A stretch of DNA of 64,000 bases, from NCBI GenBank assembly GCA_965232515.1, contig CBDDPY010000002.1, positions 1,472,001 through 1,536,000 of the forward strand, written 5' to 3'. Below, one piece after another: positions 62,384 through 64,000 of the stretch. The translations under genes were made by a program, and so were the position numbers. The DNA comes from Alphaproteobacteria bacterium. GTDB lineage: Bacteria > Pseudomonadota > Alphaproteobacteria > GCA-2731375. Below the pieces are notes generated by a model, which made no database searches, was not told the origin of the DNA, and was given only the letters and a program-made list of their open reading frames with translations. Every line of letters begins with the position of its first letter. Within the stretch, counting starts at the first letter, position 1.

Positions 62384-62418
62384 CGCCACGCATTTTGAGA
62401 CGCTGGTGCAACGAACTC
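62384..62418 (+). promoter_or_regulatory. 35-bp box facing the AraC gene (candidate AraC operator)
   Basis: CGCCACGCATTTTGAGACGCTGGTGCAACGAACTC followed by -10-like TAATAT. Confidence 0.55.
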
Positions 62419-62467
62419 TGTCGCGCGATGGGCTAATATTGGCCGCTTAGTTTGCGCGTGGGGAACA

Positions 62468-63481
62468 TTGACGGTGTCATCGGCCGACCCTATCCCATCG
62501 TCTCATTTCGATGCTTTGACCCTGGAGCCGCGGGTCCGGGCGGAAGCCTGGCGCGAGTTTTCGAAGGAGCTCGTCGATATCTCGCCGTTGCGTCAGCCCA
62601 AGCGCGACATCCGGTTCTCCTGGGATGCGTGGCACATCGAGGACGTTTTCGCTTACGGGTTTGTCGACGATTGTCTGATCGGCAAGCGGACAAAGAAACA
62701 TACCAGCCGGTCGCAGGGCTATCTCAGCATCAGGGTCTATAAGAACGGGCGCTCGCGCGGCCTGCTGGGCGATCAGATCTGCCACACGAGCGCCGGCAAC
62801 ATTCATGTGATGGACTTCTCGCTGGAACGTTACGGCGTCGACATCGACAACGTGGTCGACGGCGTTTACGTGCCTCAGGAAGCCGTCGGCTACGATCCGC
62901 GCCGCCACCCCGCTAGCTTCAATATCCCGGTGGACACGCCGCTCGGGCGGACGTTGAGCTTCGCCATCCAATCGCTGTTGCAGGATCTGCCGGACCTGCG
63001 CTGGCGCCATGCACACGATGTCAAGGCGCGTGTTCTTGCCCTTCTGCGGGCCGTCTTTGCGAATACCAGCGTGGATGACGAAGCGCGCGCCGCCTTTGCG
63101 GACGCCAGGCTTGGCGCCATGCGCCAGTTTGTCGACGGGCACCTGTCGGACGCGGACCTGGGCGTCGACCGCCTGTGCCGGGCCTTCAACGTCTCTCGGT
63201 CGACTCTGTTCCGGATCTTCGCCGACCTGGGGGGCGTGGAAGCCTATATCCGCGAACGTCGTACGGACTATGCCTTCCGGGATCTTCTGTATACAGAACC
63301 CGCGCGCGGCGCGGTCGGCAAGATCGCCGAGGCCTGGTGTTTCCACAGCGCAAGCCATTTTCACCGCCAGTTCCGCGCGCAATACGGCGCGCAGCCGAGC
63401 GAACTCCTGGGCGGTGCGGCGGCCGGCGCGGAACTTACGAGAGGCGATCAGGCCGGCCCGTCGTGGTATCTGGCCGAATAA
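62468..63481 (+). CDS. AraC family transcriptional regulator
   Basis: C-terminal LCRAFNVSRSTLFRIF..LGGVEAYIRERR...IAEAWCF.SASHFHRQFRAQYG.QPSE; start codon uncertain. Confidence 0.9.
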   Translation: MTVSSADPIPSSHFDALTLEPRVRAEAWREFSKELVDISPLRQPKRDIRFSWDAWHIEDVFAYGFVDDCLIGKRTKKHTSRSQGYLSIRVYKNGRSRGLLGDQICHTSAGNIHVMDFSLERYGVDIDNVVDGVYVPQEAVGYDPRRHPASFNIPVDTPLGRTLSFAIQSLLQDLPDLRWRHAHDVKARVLALLRAVFANTSVDDEARAAFADARLGAMRQFVDGHLSDADLGVDRLCRAFNVSRSTLFRIFADLGGVEAYIRERRTDYAFRDLLYTEPARGAVGKIAEAWCFHSASHFHRQFRAQYGAQPSELLGGAAAGAELTRGDQAGPSWYLAE

Positions 63482-63549
63482 ACGCGATTGCGAGATCCGC
63501 GCCCGCTATGCGCCATCGGGATTCAGGATTCGATTGAGGCGTGAGGACG

Positions 63550-64000
63550 ATGGACGACCCGACGCTGATCGACAAGTTGAGCATCAATCTCGCCGGCGCC
63601 GAGCCGGCGCAGCGTGCCGACCTGTGGGCGGACGCGGTGCGCCCCCTTTACGATGTTTCGCCACTCGGCGGCACGGCGGAGAACCATTTGACCCGGGCGA
63701 CGGCTTGGCTCCTGGACTCGCTCGTCCTGATCAATGCGGCATTCGGCGGTCAGCTGGTCCATCGGCGTCAGCGGCATTTGAAGGCCGACGTCGCGGATTC
63801 CGTGGTGCTGGAAATCTATCTGTCCGGCGCCGTGCAGCGCGATCTGGCCGGCGAGCCGGTCTCCATCCGGCCGGGCGATATCAACGTCATGGACTACAGC
63901 CGTGAATACCAGGGCCGCTCGACGCCGGCGGAACTGGTCAATCTCCTGGTCTCTCACGACCTCATCGGCTACGACCCCAGCCGTCATCCGGGCTCGATGC
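63550..64000 (+). CDS. Second AraC-type regulator paralogue (N-terminal part; runs off the window)
   Basis: Manual translation MDDPTLIDKLSINL...RADLWADAVRPLYDVSPL...PGDINVMDYS...IGYDPSRHP parallels the upstream protein (RAEAW..DISPL..GNIHVMDFS..VGYDPRRHP). Confidence 0.8.
   Translation, partial: MDDPTLIDKLSINLAGAEPAQRADLWADAVRPLYDVSPLGGTAENHLTRATAWLLDSLVLINAAFGGQLVHRRQRHLKADVADSVVLEIYLSGAVQRDLAGEPVSIRPGDINVMDYSREYQGRSTPAELVNLLVSHDLIGYDPSRHPGSM

Overview
High-GC alphaproteobacterial chromosome segment (Rhodospirillales-like; tRNA-His keeps G-1:C73). 1-13.4 kb is conserved core on the minus strand: tRNA-Leu, tig, clpP, clpX, lon, hupB, tRNA-Val, tRNA-Asp, nuoABCDEFG'. 13.5-37.4 kb holds metabolic and transport genes (orphan AceE-type E1, malonyl-CoA decarboxylase, nnr, amidase, TRAP/TAXI, PPi-type PFK, tRNA-His, sufE, phaZ, sigma54-type glnB-glnA). 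From 37.5 kb the DNA is accessory. (i) A 4.8-kb unit bounded by a 552-bp near-identical direct repeat of the panE-like 3' end carries nested IS debris and an AT-rich pair: a tandem KaiC-type ATPase and a membrane protein. (ii) A cluster of three TauD dioxygenases. (iii) A 51-64 kb patchwork with four PEP/VPLPA-CTERM sorting-signal proteins, three tRNA-fMet 3'-end scars, SRPBCC/ArsR modules and five copies of an 18-bp motif (GTAAACTGTCACCGTAAT). Two of those copies tightly bracket one VPLPA-CTERM gene like a gene cassette. The VPLPA-CTERM trio diverges from two AraC paralogues across mirrored 35-bp boxes. All calls come from reading the sequence and recalling family motifs; no searches were run.
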